From assembly GCA_028532855.1 (NCBI GenBank), contig JAQQAL010000006.1:72757-136756 (forward strand): a stretch of DNA of 64,000 nt, given 5' to 3'. Source of the stretch: Candidatus Thalassospirochaeta sargassi (GTDB taxonomy: Bacteria; Spirochaetota; Spirochaetia; UBA9216). The notes beneath the pieces were generated by a model that had not been told where the DNA came from, ran no database searches, and worked only from the letters and a program-made list of their open reading frames with translations. The first letter of the stretch is position 1; each line of letters opens with the position of its first letter. Below, one piece after another: positions 37,267-47,766 of the stretch. The position numbers and the translations under genes are program-made.

Positions 37267-39438
37267 GACTTCCTCCATCATTATTGCTATAATACTATTG
37301 TGTTTCCTGAGATCGATCAACTGAATGATGAAATTTGGCGGAGCGGGGTCAATGATCCGCCAGTCGGGCTTAAAAAAGCGAAAACAGCCCTATCTCTCTC
37401 AATTAAGAATGACTATACTACCGGACAAGCCGATAGTCTGCTTAATATTGGGCGGTGCCAGATCTATATAGCCGAAATGCAGTCATCTAAAGAAAATCTA
37501 AATAAAGCCCTTGAGATCTACCGAAAACAGCAGAATGAGCGTTCGGACAGGGGTGAGATGCGGGCCCTTAATGCACTGGGTGTTGTATCTTTCGAGCTTC
37601 AGGAATATGAGAACGCGCTTAATTATTACTTCATGGCTCTTACAGAAGCTGAACTTAACACGGAAGAAGAAGTGCGAATACTTGCACTGAATAACATCGG
37701 AGAAATACACAGATTTCTGAACAATAGCGAAGAAGCCCTGAGTTATTTCCATAAGGCACTCCAACTTTCAGAAAACCTGGAAGCTCCGCGCAGTATAGGC
37801 CAGACGGAAACCAATCTCGGCGAGATTTATCTGACACTGAACGATCTTACCGAAGCCGAAGGTTATTTTACCGACACCTTCAGAATTGCAGAAAAGAACA
37901 ATTACCTTCAAATGAAGGCCGATGCCCTCCTGGGGCTTGGTAAGGTGAGGGCAAGGCAGCAAAAACCGGAAGCCGGAGAAAATATCCGGATGGCATTCGA
38001 GGTATTCCGGAATCTGGATGATATTTTCAGTTGTGCTGAATGCAACTACCAGCTTGGCGCATTGGAGATGAGCAACGACAATTACAGCGAAGCGGAGAAC
38101 CTGATAAATAAGGCGAAAAACACCGCCGTACAACTCAGCCAAATCAAGCTGTTAAGCCGATGTGAACTAAGCCTTTCAGAAATATACAAGCATAGGAAAG
38201 ACTATAAAAAAGCCCTCGAATGCTTCGAAGCCCATCATAAACTTCTAGGTAAACTTGCTAACGAAGGCCTGCGAAACCGTCTTAAAAAAATCACAATCCT
38301 GTATGAAACCGAGCAGACCGAAACGGAAAAAGAAGCATACAGGATGCAGTCCCTGAACCTTGAAAAATCCAACAGGGAAATACAGTTTATCAACGAAAGT
38401 GGTAAACAGATTACCGCATCACTTGATCTTGAAGAAATCATCTACAGCACATTTTTCAGACTCTCCAAGATTGTTGAAATCAGCAGTTTCGGGGTCGCCC
38501 TGTTTAACAGGGAATCCAACGAGATTCTTTTTACCAACATCATGGAAAGAGGAGAAAAACTCGAACCATTCTCAATCTCTGCAGATAGCAAAACCAGCCT
38601 TGCAGCAAGATGTATCAGATCAAACCAGCCGATTCTAATCAATAAAAGAGAAGATGCTCGGCAGTATATTGAAAACTGGAGTCAGGGGACCGGTGTTCCG
38701 GTAGAATCGGCAATCTTCATGCCGATGGAGCAGCGAGGCAGGATGATAGGCTGTCTGACAATACAAAATACGGCTAAAAACATTTACGGACAAAGCGAAC
38801 TCGATACAATTGGTGCTGTATCAACCTTCCTTGCAATTGCCCTGGACAATTCACAAGCCCATGCCGAAGTTAATAAGCTGAATGAAATAATAACAAATGA
38901 AAAACAGGGGCTTGAGGTTGCCTACCGTAAGATTGCTCATATGGCTAACCACGATACGCTTACCGACCTGCCTAACAGGCATCTGCTTCATGAACTTCTC
39001 GATAAAGGGATTAGCATGGCTAAGCGCAGCGTAAGCCGCCTTGCTGTTTTATACCTTGATCTGGATGATTTCAAACCGGTTAACGACACTCTTGGCCATG
39101 AAAGCGGAGACGAAGTGCTCAAAATGGTCGCCGGCAGACTGCGTAAGGCCCTTCGAACCTCTGATACAGTCGCAAGAATAGGCGGAGATGAATTTGTAGC
39201 TGTACTTTACAACATCGTGGATGAAAACGGCGCGCTTGCAGCTGCAAATAAGATCATTAACACCTTAGGAAAAAACATCAGGGTTAAAGACCGGGATTTC
39301 AAAATAGGAGCAAGCATTGGAATTGCTGTATATCCGGATCACGGCGAGACAATTGCCGATCTTCTGCTTAAAGCCGACAAGGCCATGTACAAGGCCAAAA
39401 GAGCGGGTCGAAACCGGGCTTATATCTATAAAGGCTGA
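37261..39438 (+). CDS. TPR - GAF - GGDEF diguanylate cyclase
   Basis: N-terminal TPR-like repeats and a central GAF-like region precede a C-terminal GGDEF domain with an intact RIGGDEFVAV motif and an I-site-like RxxD. The start is uncertain; the longest ORF begins with TTG at 37261, and the first in-frame ATG is at 37477. Confidence 0.75.
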   Translation: MHDFLHHYCYNTIVFPEIDQLNDEIWRSGVNDPPVGLKKAKTALSLSIKNDYTTGQADSLLNIGRCQIYIAEMQSSKENLNKALEIYRKQQNERSDRGEMRALNALGVVSFELQEYENALNYYFMALTEAELNTEEEVRILALNNIGEIHRFLNNSEEALSYFHKALQLSENLEAPRSIGQTETNLGEIYLTLNDLTEAEGYFTDTFRIAEKNNYLQMKADALLGLGKVRARQQKPEAGENIRMAFEVFRNLDDIFSCAECNYQLGALEMSNDNYSEAENLINKAKNTAVQLSQIKLLSRCELSLSEIYKHRKDYKKALECFEAHHKLLGKLANEGLRNRLKKITILYETEQTETEKEAYRMQSLNLEKSNREIQFINESGKQITASLDLEEIIYSTFFRLSKIVEISSFGVALFNRESNEILFTNIMERGEKLEPFSISADSKTSLAARCIRSNQPILINKREDARQYIENWSQGTGVPVESAIFMPMEQRGRMIGCLTIQNTAKNIYGQSELDTIGAVSTFLAIALDNSQAHAEVNKLNEIITNEKQGLEVAYRKIAHMANHDTLTDLPNRHLLHELLDKGISMAKRSVSRLAVLYLDLDDFKPVNDTLGHESGDEVLKMVAGRLRKALRTSDTVARIGGDEFVAVLYNIVDENGALAAANKIINTLGKNIRVKDRDFKIGASIGIAVYPDHGETIADLLLKADKAMYKAKRAGRNRAYIYKG

Positions 39439-39445
39439 TTAAAAA

Positions 39446-39466
39446 GCCGCCGGGGTCTCCGGCGGC
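39446..39466. terminator. Bidirectional intrinsic terminator between the GGDEF gene (+) and ettA (-)
   Basis: The hairpin gccgccgg-ggtct-ccggcggc has an 8-bp GC stem. On the minus strand it is followed by ttttt, and on the plus strand it is preceded by an A-tract. Confidence 0.6.
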
Positions 39467-39487
39467 TGAATATTATTAATAATAAAA

Positions 39488-41170
39488 TTATCTTGTAAGA
39501 TGTCTGTACTTGATTCTATGGGGTTGATCCGCATCAATGCCGAAGCGTTTCTTTCTGTTCTCCTCGTATTCGGAATAATTCCCCTCAAAATAAAATACCT
39601 GACTGTCGCCCTCAAAGGCAATAATGTGCGTAGCAATTCTGTCGAGAAACCATCTGTCATGACTGATAATTACTGCACAACCGGCATATCCGCTGATTGC
39701 CTCTTCAAGCGCCCTGATAGTATTAACATCAAGATCATTCGTAGGCTCATCAAGCAGAAGCACATTCGAGCCCTCTTTAAGCATCAGCGCAAGCTGTACA
39801 CGGTTTCGCTCACCGCCTGAAAGAACCCCGATCTTTTTCTGCTGATCAGCGCCGGTGAAATTAAACTGTGCACAATATGCACGTGAGTTAACCTCCCGGT
39901 TTCCAACCTTAATCGTATCCTGTCCGTCAGAAATCTGCTGCCATATGGTTTTATCCGGATCAAGAATCTCGCGCATCTGATCGACATGGGCAAGCTGAAC
40001 AGTCTGTCCAACCTTCAGGACACCCTTATCAGGTTTCTCGGAGCCTGTAATCATTTTGAAAAGTGTAGTTTTACCAGCACCGTTCGGACCGATAATACCT
40101 ATAATTGCTCCCGGAGGCATGGAAAAACTCATGTCCTCAATAAGGATTCTATCATCAAAAGATTTACTGATATTTTCAGCCTCTACTACAACATCACCAA
40201 GGCGCGGCCCTGGTGGAATAAAGATCTGCAGCTTTGATTCCCTGTCGGAGGTGCTCTGGTTGAGCAGCTGCTCATAGGAATTAATCCTCGCCTTCGATTT
40301 TGCGTGCCGGCCCTTGGGACTCATATGAATCCAGTCAAGCTCACGCTGCAGGGTTCTCTGACGGTCGCTCTCCTGTTTTTCTTCCTGCGCGAGACGCTGC
40401 TGCTTCTGCTCAAGCCATGATGAATAATTGCCCTTCCAGGGAATACCCTGGCCGCGGTCGAGCTCGAGAATCCAGCCGGCGACATTATCAAGAAAGTATC
40501 TGTCGTGAGTAACAGCAATAACTGTACCCTCGTATTTCTGCAGATGCTGTTCGAGCCAGCCGACGGTTTCAGCATCAAGATGGTTTGTAGGCTCATCAAG
40601 CAGCAGGATATCAGGCTTCTGCAGAAGAAGTCTGCAGAGTGCGACCCTGCGCTTTTCTCCACCTGAAAGAATCCCCACCTTCTGATCCTCCGGAGGACAT
40701 CGCAGCGCGTCCATGGCCATCTCAAGCCTGGAATCAATCTCCCAGGCACCAAGGGTGTCAAGCTTATCCTGAACAACCCCCTGTCGGTCAAGAAGCTTGG
40801 TCATCTCATCATCTTCCATAGGCTCGGCGAACTTTTCGTTAATCTGATCATATTCCGCAAGCAGATCCATAACCTCCTGAACGCCTTCCTGAACAATTTC
40901 CTTTACAGTCTTTTCAGGATCAAGTTCCGGTTCCTGTTCAAGAAAACCAATGGAATGTCCTTCAGTCAGGACTGTTTCTCCGTTAAAATCCTTGTCCACA
41001 CCTGCAAGAAGCCTCAACAGGGTTGATTTACCTGAACCGTTGAGTCCGAGAACACCTATTTTTGCTCCGTAGAAATATGAAAGGTATATATCCTTTAAAA
41101 TTACTTTCTGATTGATCGTCTTGCTGACACCTACCATCGAATAAATTATCTTTTCAGCTTCGTTTGCCAT
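39488..41170 (-). CDS. ettA: Energy-dependent translational throttle protein EttA (ABC-F ATPase)
   Basis: The length is 560 aa with two ABC cassettes (GLNGSGKST...LSGGEKRRVALCRLL and GPNGAGKTT...LSGGERNRVQLALML). The linker architecture matches ABC-F EttA. Confidence 0.85.
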   Translation of the reverse strand: MANEAEKIIYSMVGVSKTINQKVILKDIYLSYFYGAKIGVLGLNGSGKSTLLRLLAGVDKDFNGETVLTEGHSIGFLEQEPELDPEKTVKEIVQEGVQEVMDLLAEYDQINEKFAEPMEDDEMTKLLDRQGVVQDKLDTLGAWEIDSRLEMAMDALRCPPEDQKVGILSGGEKRRVALCRLLLQKPDILLLDEPTNHLDAETVGWLEQHLQKYEGTVIAVTHDRYFLDNVAGWILELDRGQGIPWKGNYSSWLEQKQQRLAQEEKQESDRQRTLQRELDWIHMSPKGRHAKSKARINSYEQLLNQSTSDRESKLQIFIPPGPRLGDVVVEAENISKSFDDRILIEDMSFSMPPGAIIGIIGPNGAGKTTLFKMITGSEKPDKGVLKVGQTVQLAHVDQMREILDPDKTIWQQISDGQDTIKVGNREVNSRAYCAQFNFTGADQQKKIGVLSGGERNRVQLALMLKEGSNVLLLDEPTNDLDVNTIRALEEAISGYAGCAVIISHDRWFLDRIATHIIAFEGDSQVFYFEGNYSEYEENRKKRFGIDADQPHRIKYRHLTR

Positions 41171-41254
41171 TCATTAACTCCTTTCATTAACATACTTACA
41201 ATAAGACTGATTTGCAAGCTATCCGCCGATATGTTTTAATGCTATATTGGTTAT

Positions 41255-41746
41255 ATGAAAATTACAAACGAGACAACAGTTACAATCAACTATAAAGTAA
41301 GTGAACAGAACGGAGAAGTTCTTGAGCAGACTGAATTCGGTAAACCCATTACCTACCTGCAGGGACTGGAAATGATGCTTCCGGCAGTCGAGGAAGCCAT
41401 GGAAGGCCGGATACCCGGAGACAGCGTTAAAATTGAATTAAAAGCCGAAGAAGCATTCGGCGAACGACATGACGATCTGCTTACTGATATTCCCAAGGCT
41501 GATTTTGAGGATGCATCAGAATTGAGCATAGGACAGGATATCATAGTCGGAAACGGTGAAGAAGAGGTTATAATGACCATTGTCAACATCGGTGATGAAG
41601 CAGTAACCCTGGACGGCAACCACCCCTTCGCCGGGAAAGACATTGTCTTTGAACTGGATGTTCTTGACGTCCATAAAACAACGGATGAAGATCTGAAGGC
41701 TTTCGAACACCATCACGTTCATGATGAGAACTGCAATCACGAATAA
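41255..41746 (+). CDS. slyD: FKBP-type peptidyl-prolyl isomerase SlyD with a His/Cys-rich metal-binding tail
   Basis: An FKBP domain, an IF-insert region and the C-terminal tail HHHVHDENCNHE are present. Confidence 0.8.
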   Translation: MKITNETTVTINYKVSEQNGEVLEQTEFGKPITYLQGLEMMLPAVEEAMEGRIPGDSVKIELKAEEAFGERHDDLLTDIPKADFEDASELSIGQDIIVGNGEEEVIMTIVNIGDEAVTLDGNHPFAGKDIVFELDVLDVHKTTDEDLKAFEHHHVHDENCNHE

Positions 41747-42174
41747 TGAAAGAGAAAGCGGACCAGTTAATACTGCTCTTTACGAGTCTTATTGAAGATC
41801 TCTACAGTGACGAAAAATCCGCCTCCGTCAACACTCCGCTTTGTTCGCTCAGCAGTAACGATCTCAAAGTATTGCTGGCCCTCGACGGAAAGGATCACCC
41901 GAGTATAAAAGAAATTTCAGAAGAAAAATCCCTGCCGATGAGCACCCTGACCGGTATTTTCAATAAACTCGTCGACAGGGGACTCGTTGAACGCTATCGC
42001 TGTAGATCCGACCGCAGGATTGTCCGGGTCGGGCTGAGTGCCGCCGGACAGGAGGCTGTCTCACTCAAGAAACAGCATTCAGAGGATTTTGCCCTGAAAA
42101 TCCTGTCTCCCCTGAGCGGAGAAGAGCAAAACCAGCTTCTTGAACTCCTGAAAAAAATAACTGATCGCAACTGA
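41746..42174 (+). CDS. MarR family transcriptional regulator
   Basis: The winged helix motif is present (...STLTGIFNKLVDRGLVERYRCRSDRRIVRVGLSAAG...). An ATGA overlap links it to the slyD stop. Confidence 0.75.
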   Translation: MKEKADQLILLFTSLIEDLYSDEKSASVNTPLCSLSSNDLKVLLALDGKDHPSIKEISEEKSLPMSTLTGIFNKLVDRGLVERYRCRSDRRIVRVGLSAAGQEAVSLKKQHSEDFALKILSPLSGEEQNQLLELLKKITDRN

Positions 42175-42256
42175 CCCTCTATTTGCAATTAACTTGCCGT
42201 TTCATTTTTAGGGTATTATATTACGAGTATCGAAATATTCGTAAAAGGAAGTAATT

Positions 42257-44653
42257 ATGACTACCGAAATTGCAGCAGAAAGAATCCCCGTTTTACCCCT
42301 TGAAAACTCAATACTACTGCACGAGGGTCGGGCCGAAATAAAGATTAATCCGCCAACAGCCGGTATCATCAAGGGCTGGGTCGATAGGGGCCACCAGAAT
42401 GTTCTTGCTACCGGACTCAAGGATGAAAATAAACTCCACAACCTTACTGAAGAGGATCTGTATAAAACCGGTGTTCTAATACAGATAATATCAACTCACA
42501 GCGACGGAGAGGGAGTACTTCTTAAGGCAGATGTTGTAGAAAGAGCTGAGATTTCAAAGTTCTATTTTGAAAAAAATGAGGTTCTGGCAGAATACAGAAC
42601 AGCACCTGATATAATGGATATATCTCAAACAGAGTACGATGAACTTCTTTCATATCTGAAGAGCCTTATTCACGAGATAGCTGAACAGTTCAGGGGCTCT
42701 AAGCCCATGCTTCTCCTCGTTGACAGGCAGGATTCCATTACAAAACTGATTGGTTTCTCCGCTCCATATATGAATACAAGCCGACAGGAGAAACAGGATC
42801 TGCTTGAGATTCGCTCGGTCCACGAACGCGGGATAAAATTTCTAGATTACATGCTTAAGCAGAAGGAATCTATGAAACTTCAGATAGAAATGGCTAATAA
42901 ATTCGCCGAAAGTACAAACAAACAGTACAGGCAGGCCATGCTTCGTCAGCAGATGAAAGAGATTCAGAAAGAGCTTGATGAAGATAACCCCGGTAAAAAA
43001 GAGAAAAAAGACTATCGTCAGATGATAAATGAGGCCGATATGCCGGACTATGCCCGCGAAGCAGCCCTTGAAGAGGTTGATAAACTTGAAGCACAGGGCC
43101 CTAACGGACATGAAGAGGGAATGATCAAAACCTATCTTGATCTGATCCTTGCCCTGCCATGGAACCAGAAAAGCAACGGAAAAATTGATCTGAAAAAGGC
43201 TCGAGAGATCCTTAACAGGGATCATTTCGGTCTCGACAAGGTGAAAGACCGTATAGTCCAGCATCTTGCAGTAATGAAACTTACCGAAAAAAAGAGAGGG
43301 ACAATCCTTCTTTTCGAAGGTCCTCCGGGGACCGGAAAGACCAGCCTTGGAAAAAGTATAGCCGAAGCCCTGGGCCGTAAATATGTCAGGGTCAGCCTTG
43401 GAGGTATCCGTGATGAAGCAGAAATCCGGGGTCATAGACGCACCTACATAGGAGCACTTCCCGGGCGCATCATCTCCGAGATGAAAAAGGCAGGAGAACG
43501 CGATCCGGTATTTGTTCTTGATGAGGTAGACAAACTGATGACGGCCTATAACGGTGATCCCGCCAGTGCCCTGTTAGAAGTGCTGGACCCGGAGCAGAAC
43601 GACAGCTTCTCGGACCGTTATCTCGATATACCCTTTGATTTATCCGAGGTGTTTTTTATTGCCACAGCAAATTCGGTAAGTTCAATTCCGGCACCGCTGC
43701 TTGACAGAATGGAGGTTATATCCATATCAAGCTATACAAACACTGAAAAATATCATATCGGATTTGAACATCTGATCCCATCTGTTCTTGATGAACACGG
43801 GCTTGATTCCCAGCGTCTGGTTATAACTGATGACGCGCTTAGAGCTGTGATAGAAAACTACACCCGGGAGGCCGGAGTCCGCGGACTTAAAAAACAGCTG
43901 GCCAAAATTGCACGGGTATCATCTGAGAAGATAGTAAACGGTGATACTGAGCTTCCAATTACAGTAGAAGAGGAAAATCTTGAGGATATCCTCGGCCGCA
44001 GGACGGTAAGGCTTGAAGACGCTTTAAAAGACAACTTCCCAGGTGTCGTAACAGGCCTTGCCTGGACTCCCGTAGGCGGAGATATTCTGTTTATTGAGAG
44101 CACCTTCATGCCAGGAAAGGGTGAACTTGTACTGACCGGACAGCTGGGCGATGTTATGAAGGAATCTGCGAGGATAAGCCTGAGCCTCATTCGCTCCAGG
44201 CTGGCTCATCAGATAACCCATTTTGACTTCGCGGCAAATGATATTCACATCCATGTGCCGGCCGGCAGCACACCCAAGGACGGCCCCTCGGCAGGCATTA
44301 CGCTGTTTACCTCGCTTGCGTCACTGATAACCGGGCAATCTGTCGATACAGGTACTGCAATGACCGGGGAAATTACGCTCCGGGGTACTGTGCTGCCTGT
44401 CGGAGGCATAAAGGAAAAGGTTCTTGCCGCACACCGGGCGGGCATTAAAAGGATAATCATGTCGACTGAAAACAGGGAAGATCTGAAAGAGATTCCTGCT
44501 GAAGCCGCAGACAGCATTGAGTTCATGTTTGTTGAAAGGGTTGAAGAGGTTATTGATCTGGCCCTGGGCATTACCCTGCCGGAGCAGACAGTGCTGAATA
44601 TCGGTAATCAACCGCTTGCAGGCGAACAATCGTTAAAACGTGAGAGCCAATAG
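42257..44653 (+). CDS. lon: ATP-dependent Lon protease (LonA)
   Basis: An N-terminal LON domain is followed by the Walker A motif GPPGTGKTSLGKSIA and a protease domain with the catalytic Ser motif PKDGPSAGIT and the catalytic Lys region. Confidence 0.9.
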   Translation: MTTEIAAERIPVLPLENSILLHEGRAEIKINPPTAGIIKGWVDRGHQNVLATGLKDENKLHNLTEEDLYKTGVLIQIISTHSDGEGVLLKADVVERAEISKFYFEKNEVLAEYRTAPDIMDISQTEYDELLSYLKSLIHEIAEQFRGSKPMLLLVDRQDSITKLIGFSAPYMNTSRQEKQDLLEIRSVHERGIKFLDYMLKQKESMKLQIEMANKFAESTNKQYRQAMLRQQMKEIQKELDEDNPGKKEKKDYRQMINEADMPDYAREAALEEVDKLEAQGPNGHEEGMIKTYLDLILALPWNQKSNGKIDLKKAREILNRDHFGLDKVKDRIVQHLAVMKLTEKKRGTILLFEGPPGTGKTSLGKSIAEALGRKYVRVSLGGIRDEAEIRGHRRTYIGALPGRIISEMKKAGERDPVFVLDEVDKLMTAYNGDPASALLEVLDPEQNDSFSDRYLDIPFDLSEVFFIATANSVSSIPAPLLDRMEVISISSYTNTEKYHIGFEHLIPSVLDEHGLDSQRLVITDDALRAVIENYTREAGVRGLKKQLAKIARVSSEKIVNGDTELPITVEEENLEDILGRRTVRLEDALKDNFPGVVTGLAWTPVGGDILFIESTFMPGKGELVLTGQLGDVMKESARISLSLIRSRLAHQITHFDFAANDIHIHVPAGSTPKDGPSAGITLFTSLASLITGQSVDTGTAMTGEITLRGTVLPVGGIKEKVLAAHRAGIKRIIMSTENREDLKEIPAEAADSIEFMFVERVEEVIDLALGITLPEQTVLNIGNQPLAGEQSLKRESQ

Positions 44654-44685
44654 AATTTCTTGCTGGGAACTGGTAGATTATAGTT

Positions 44686-45315
44686 ATGCGAAAATTTTTC
44701 ACAGCAGTACTTTTAATTTTGCTTGTTCCTGCAGCCGTTCTTTCAGCCCACCCTCATATGTTCATAGACATGAAGCTTTCTCCCGTCTTCAGTGAAGACG
44801 GTTTTGAGGGTGTGAACGTAGACTGGCTTTTTGATATGGTCTTTACCGGTTCCGTTCTAATGGATAACGGAATCGGTTGGACCGACTCATTAAACAATGA
44901 AGAGATAGAAATAATCAAGGACACCTCATTCGTAAACCTCATCAATTATAACTATTTCACCTACTTCAACGTCGGAGGTAAAATGAGCCGGGCAGAAACC
45001 TACCGGGATTTTACTGCCTATATGTCGGAAAATAGACTCGGATACAGGTTCTTTCTGCCCTATGAAGGCCGCAGGGCTGATTCAGACATTATCAGGATAG
45101 CAGTCTATGATGAAACTTTCTTCTGTGACATCGCATTTACCGACAGTAATCCGGTAGAACTGAGTACTCCGGGTAATATAAAAGTAGAATGGCAGCTATC
45201 GGAAGTTCTTGATGCGCCCATATTTTACGACAACACAGCCCAGATGGTGTCCCGCGACGGCGAGGAATACTCGGGCCAGGCATTCCCTGTAGAGCTTGTG
45301 CTCACCAGGAACTGA
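44686..45315 (+). CDS. DUF1007-family periplasmic protein (partner of NicO-type nickel/cobalt transporters)
   Basis: A signal peptide is followed by HPHMF. The gene overlaps the downstream NicO-like gene by 20 nt. The family assignment is by recollection of the DUF1007/NicO pairing. Confidence 0.5.
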   Translation: MRKFFTAVLLILLVPAAVLSAHPHMFIDMKLSPVFSEDGFEGVNVDWLFDMVFTGSVLMDNGIGWTDSLNNEEIEIIKDTSFVNLINYNYFTYFNVGGKMSRAETYRDFTAYMSENRLGYRFFLPYEGRRADSDIIRIAVYDETFFCDIAFTDSNPVELSTPGNIKVEWQLSEVLDAPIFYDNTAQMVSRDGEEYSGQAFPVELVLTRN

Positions 45316-46246
45316 CGTAATGCAGAGACTGGCCGGGCTTCGACTCCTTCTCCTCTTCTTATTAATATTACTGCCGCTTTGGGAACTGTCGGCACAGCAG
45401 AACCCCTTTCTGTCTGGGGGAGACTCAGAACAGGGCGCAGAACAGAGTGGTACAGCATATACAAAAACAAGCCCGTTTTTTAATTCAGCCATAATGACTA
45501 ATCTGCGCAAATTACAGAAAAGTATTCAGAGCGAAATATCCGGCTACATCCGCGAGTATCAATCAGAACGAAAACTTTCGACACTGTTTCAGTTTCTTTT
45601 ATTTTCCTACCTCTATGGACTGCTTCATGTACTAGGGCCAGGACATAGAAAAATCTTTCTTTTCACCTACTTCATATCCCGGCCGACACGGTGGAGGCAG
45701 GGTATGCTCGCGGGCTTTATGACGGCGGTGCTGCATGCCCTTTCCGCCCTGGCACTTATCGGCGGGCTGTACCTTATTACGACAAGGGCGCTGCTTACCA
45801 GGTTTAATGATATAAGCCCGATACTCGAGAGGGTCAGCTATGTGGCAATAGTAGTCATCGGTATCTATCTGCTTATTTCACACATTGTGTCCGCCGCCCG
45901 GGGGACAGGCCATACAGGGCATAGCCACGGTAAAGACAGAGGCAGTCCTGATACAATTATGTTTGTTCTTGCCTCAGGTCTAATCCCATGCCCCGGAGCC
46001 GCAACCATTATGATTTTTTCACTTGCCGTCCAGGCTCCGCTTGTAGGGGTATACGCAGTACTTGCCATGTCTCTTGGTATGGCCAGCCTGCTGATATTTA
46101 TTCCACCAGCAGCAATAATCTTTAAAACCAGGTTTGAGCCTCTTATCTCCGGATGGAATCCGAAACTCGGCGAACGCATTCATACCATAATTTCAATCGC
46201 CGGGGCTTCTGTACTGATATTATTCGGCCTGCTGTTTATAATCTGA
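45296..46246 (+). CDS. NicO/RcnA-like nickel/cobalt transporter
   Basis: Multi-TM segments, a His-rich loop GTGHTGHSHGKDRG and a GPGH motif are present. The length is 316 aa. Confidence 0.55.
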   Translation: MCSPGTDVMQRLAGLRLLLLFLLILLPLWELSAQQNPFLSGGDSEQGAEQSGTAYTKTSPFFNSAIMTNLRKLQKSIQSEISGYIREYQSERKLSTLFQFLLFSYLYGLLHVLGPGHRKIFLFTYFISRPTRWRQGMLAGFMTAVLHALSALALIGGLYLITTRALLTRFNDISPILERVSYVAIVVIGIYLLISHIVSAARGTGHTGHSHGKDRGSPDTIMFVLASGLIPCPGAATIMIFSLAVQAPLVGVYAVLAMSLGMASLLIFIPPAAIIFKTRFEPLISGWNPKLGERIHTIISIAGASVLILFGLLFII

Positions 46247-46288
46247 GCCTGCTTGCATAAGCAGCTAAAGACGGTGTAATCTTAAACC

Positions 46289-46855
46289 GTGAAAGCATTA
46301 ATAGTAGTAGATATTCAGAACGACTTCTGTCCCGGAGGCTCCCTTGCTGTAAATGACGGCGACGCAGTTGTTCCTTATGTAAACAGACTTATCAAATCAT
46401 TTTCAGATTCAGGCAGCCGGGTTATCTATACACGCGACTGGCATCCGGCCAACCACAGCTCCTTTGCTGATTTCGGAGGAATCTGGCCCGCCCATTGTGT
46501 AGCTGGAACAGACGGAGCGGCCTTCCACCCTGATTTGATTGAAGCACCAGGATCAATAATCATATCCAAAGCAGACAAGACTGAATCAGACGCATATTCG
46601 GGTTTTGAAGGAACAGAGCTTGATAAAGAACTTAAAATGCTCGGCATAGACAACCTTGTAGTCGCAGGCCTTGCAACAGACTATTGTGTAAAAAACACTG
46701 TTCTTGACGCCCTGAGTAAGGGCTATGAGACCGTTGTAGCCGAAGACTGCATTAGAGCAGTTGATGTTCAAACCGGAGACGGCGAGCGTGCTATTCTCGA
46801 AATGACAAAAGCCGGAGCAGTATTTAGAACCAGCAACAGCCTGATTGCCCGATGA
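46289..46855 (+). CDS. pncA: Nicotinamidase/pyrazinamidase (isochorismatase family)
   Basis: ALIVVDIQNDFCPGGSLAV matches the N-terminal motif typical of PncA. The length is 188 aa. Confidence 0.75.
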   Translation: MKALIVVDIQNDFCPGGSLAVNDGDAVVPYVNRLIKSFSDSGSRVIYTRDWHPANHSSFADFGGIWPAHCVAGTDGAAFHPDLIEAPGSIIISKADKTESDAYSGFEGTELDKELKMLGIDNLVVAGLATDYCVKNTVLDALSKGYETVVAEDCIRAVDVQTGDGERAILEMTKAGAVFRTSNSLIAR

Positions 46856-47736
46856 CTGGACAGCTGCTTGCCGTTCTGACGGCCTTCTGCTGGGCCCAGA
46901 ACTCAGTATTTTACAGTTTTGCGGGCAAGCGGGTTACCTCACCCACTGTTACACATATAAGACTATGGATAGCCTTCCCGGCTGTAACTATAGTTCATAA
47001 AATATTCCTCGGCAGTTTTATGCCGGTAACCAGTATCACGCAGACCTCAATTCTGCTTGCTGTCTCCGGCTTTGTTGGCTTTTTCGTTGCCGACATCCTT
47101 ATTTTTTACGGTCTGGTTTCAATCGGGCCGGGCCGGACTCTGCTTATCCTGACTCTTTCACCCATTTTATCTGCTGCAGCATCATTTTTTATCCTCGGAG
47201 AGACCCTCGGCCCCCTGCAGATTGCGGGAATGCTTATTACAATCGGTGGGATACTTGTAGTTATCTACAATGAAAACAGAATTGAAAAAATCAGCACAGA
47301 TGTGCTGAAGGGGATAATTATCGCTGTCTTAGGCGCCGTTGCCCAGGCTGCCGCAATGGTACTGTCAAAAGCGGGAATTGCCGACGGCATACACCCTATA
47401 TCAGCCAATGTTGTCCGAATAGCCTTCGGTTTCGGCGGGCTGATTATCTACAGTCTCTTTCGTGGCGAGTTTGTCAGCGACTTCAAGAAGATGAAGGATA
47501 TGAAGGCCCTCTCGCTTATTGCTGTTGCAGCCCTGATAGGGCCTGTGCTCGGAATCATTATGACCCTCTACGCCCTTCAGCTTGCACCCGTAGGTATTGT
47601 AACTACCCTTACCCAGATTAGCCCTGTAATACTTCTGCCGGTTGAAGCAATATTCCTAGGACGAAAAATCACCGGATGGATTCTTACAGGAACATTCACC
47701 GCCGTTGCCGGTGCTGTTCTACTGTTTATGTTTTAG
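46852..47736 (+). CDS. EamA/DMT-family transporter (two EamA repeats)
   Basis: The length is 294 aa with 10 TM segments and duplicated EamA-like halves. Confidence 0.65.
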   Translation: MTGQLLAVLTAFCWAQNSVFYSFAGKRVTSPTVTHIRLWIAFPAVTIVHKIFLGSFMPVTSITQTSILLAVSGFVGFFVADILIFYGLVSIGPGRTLLILTLSPILSAAASFFILGETLGPLQIAGMLITIGGILVVIYNENRIEKISTDVLKGIIIAVLGAVAQAAAMVLSKAGIADGIHPISANVVRIAFGFGGLIIYSLFRGEFVSDFKKMKDMKALSLIAVAALIGPVLGIIMTLYALQLAPVGIVTTLTQISPVILLPVEAIFLGRKITGWILTGTFTAVAGAVLLFMF

Positions 47737-47766
47737 CTTTTACAAATAATCTGATAAAATAACAGC

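Noticed and set aside
42842-43435. 197-aa minus-strand ORF
   Set aside because: It is antisense within lon.
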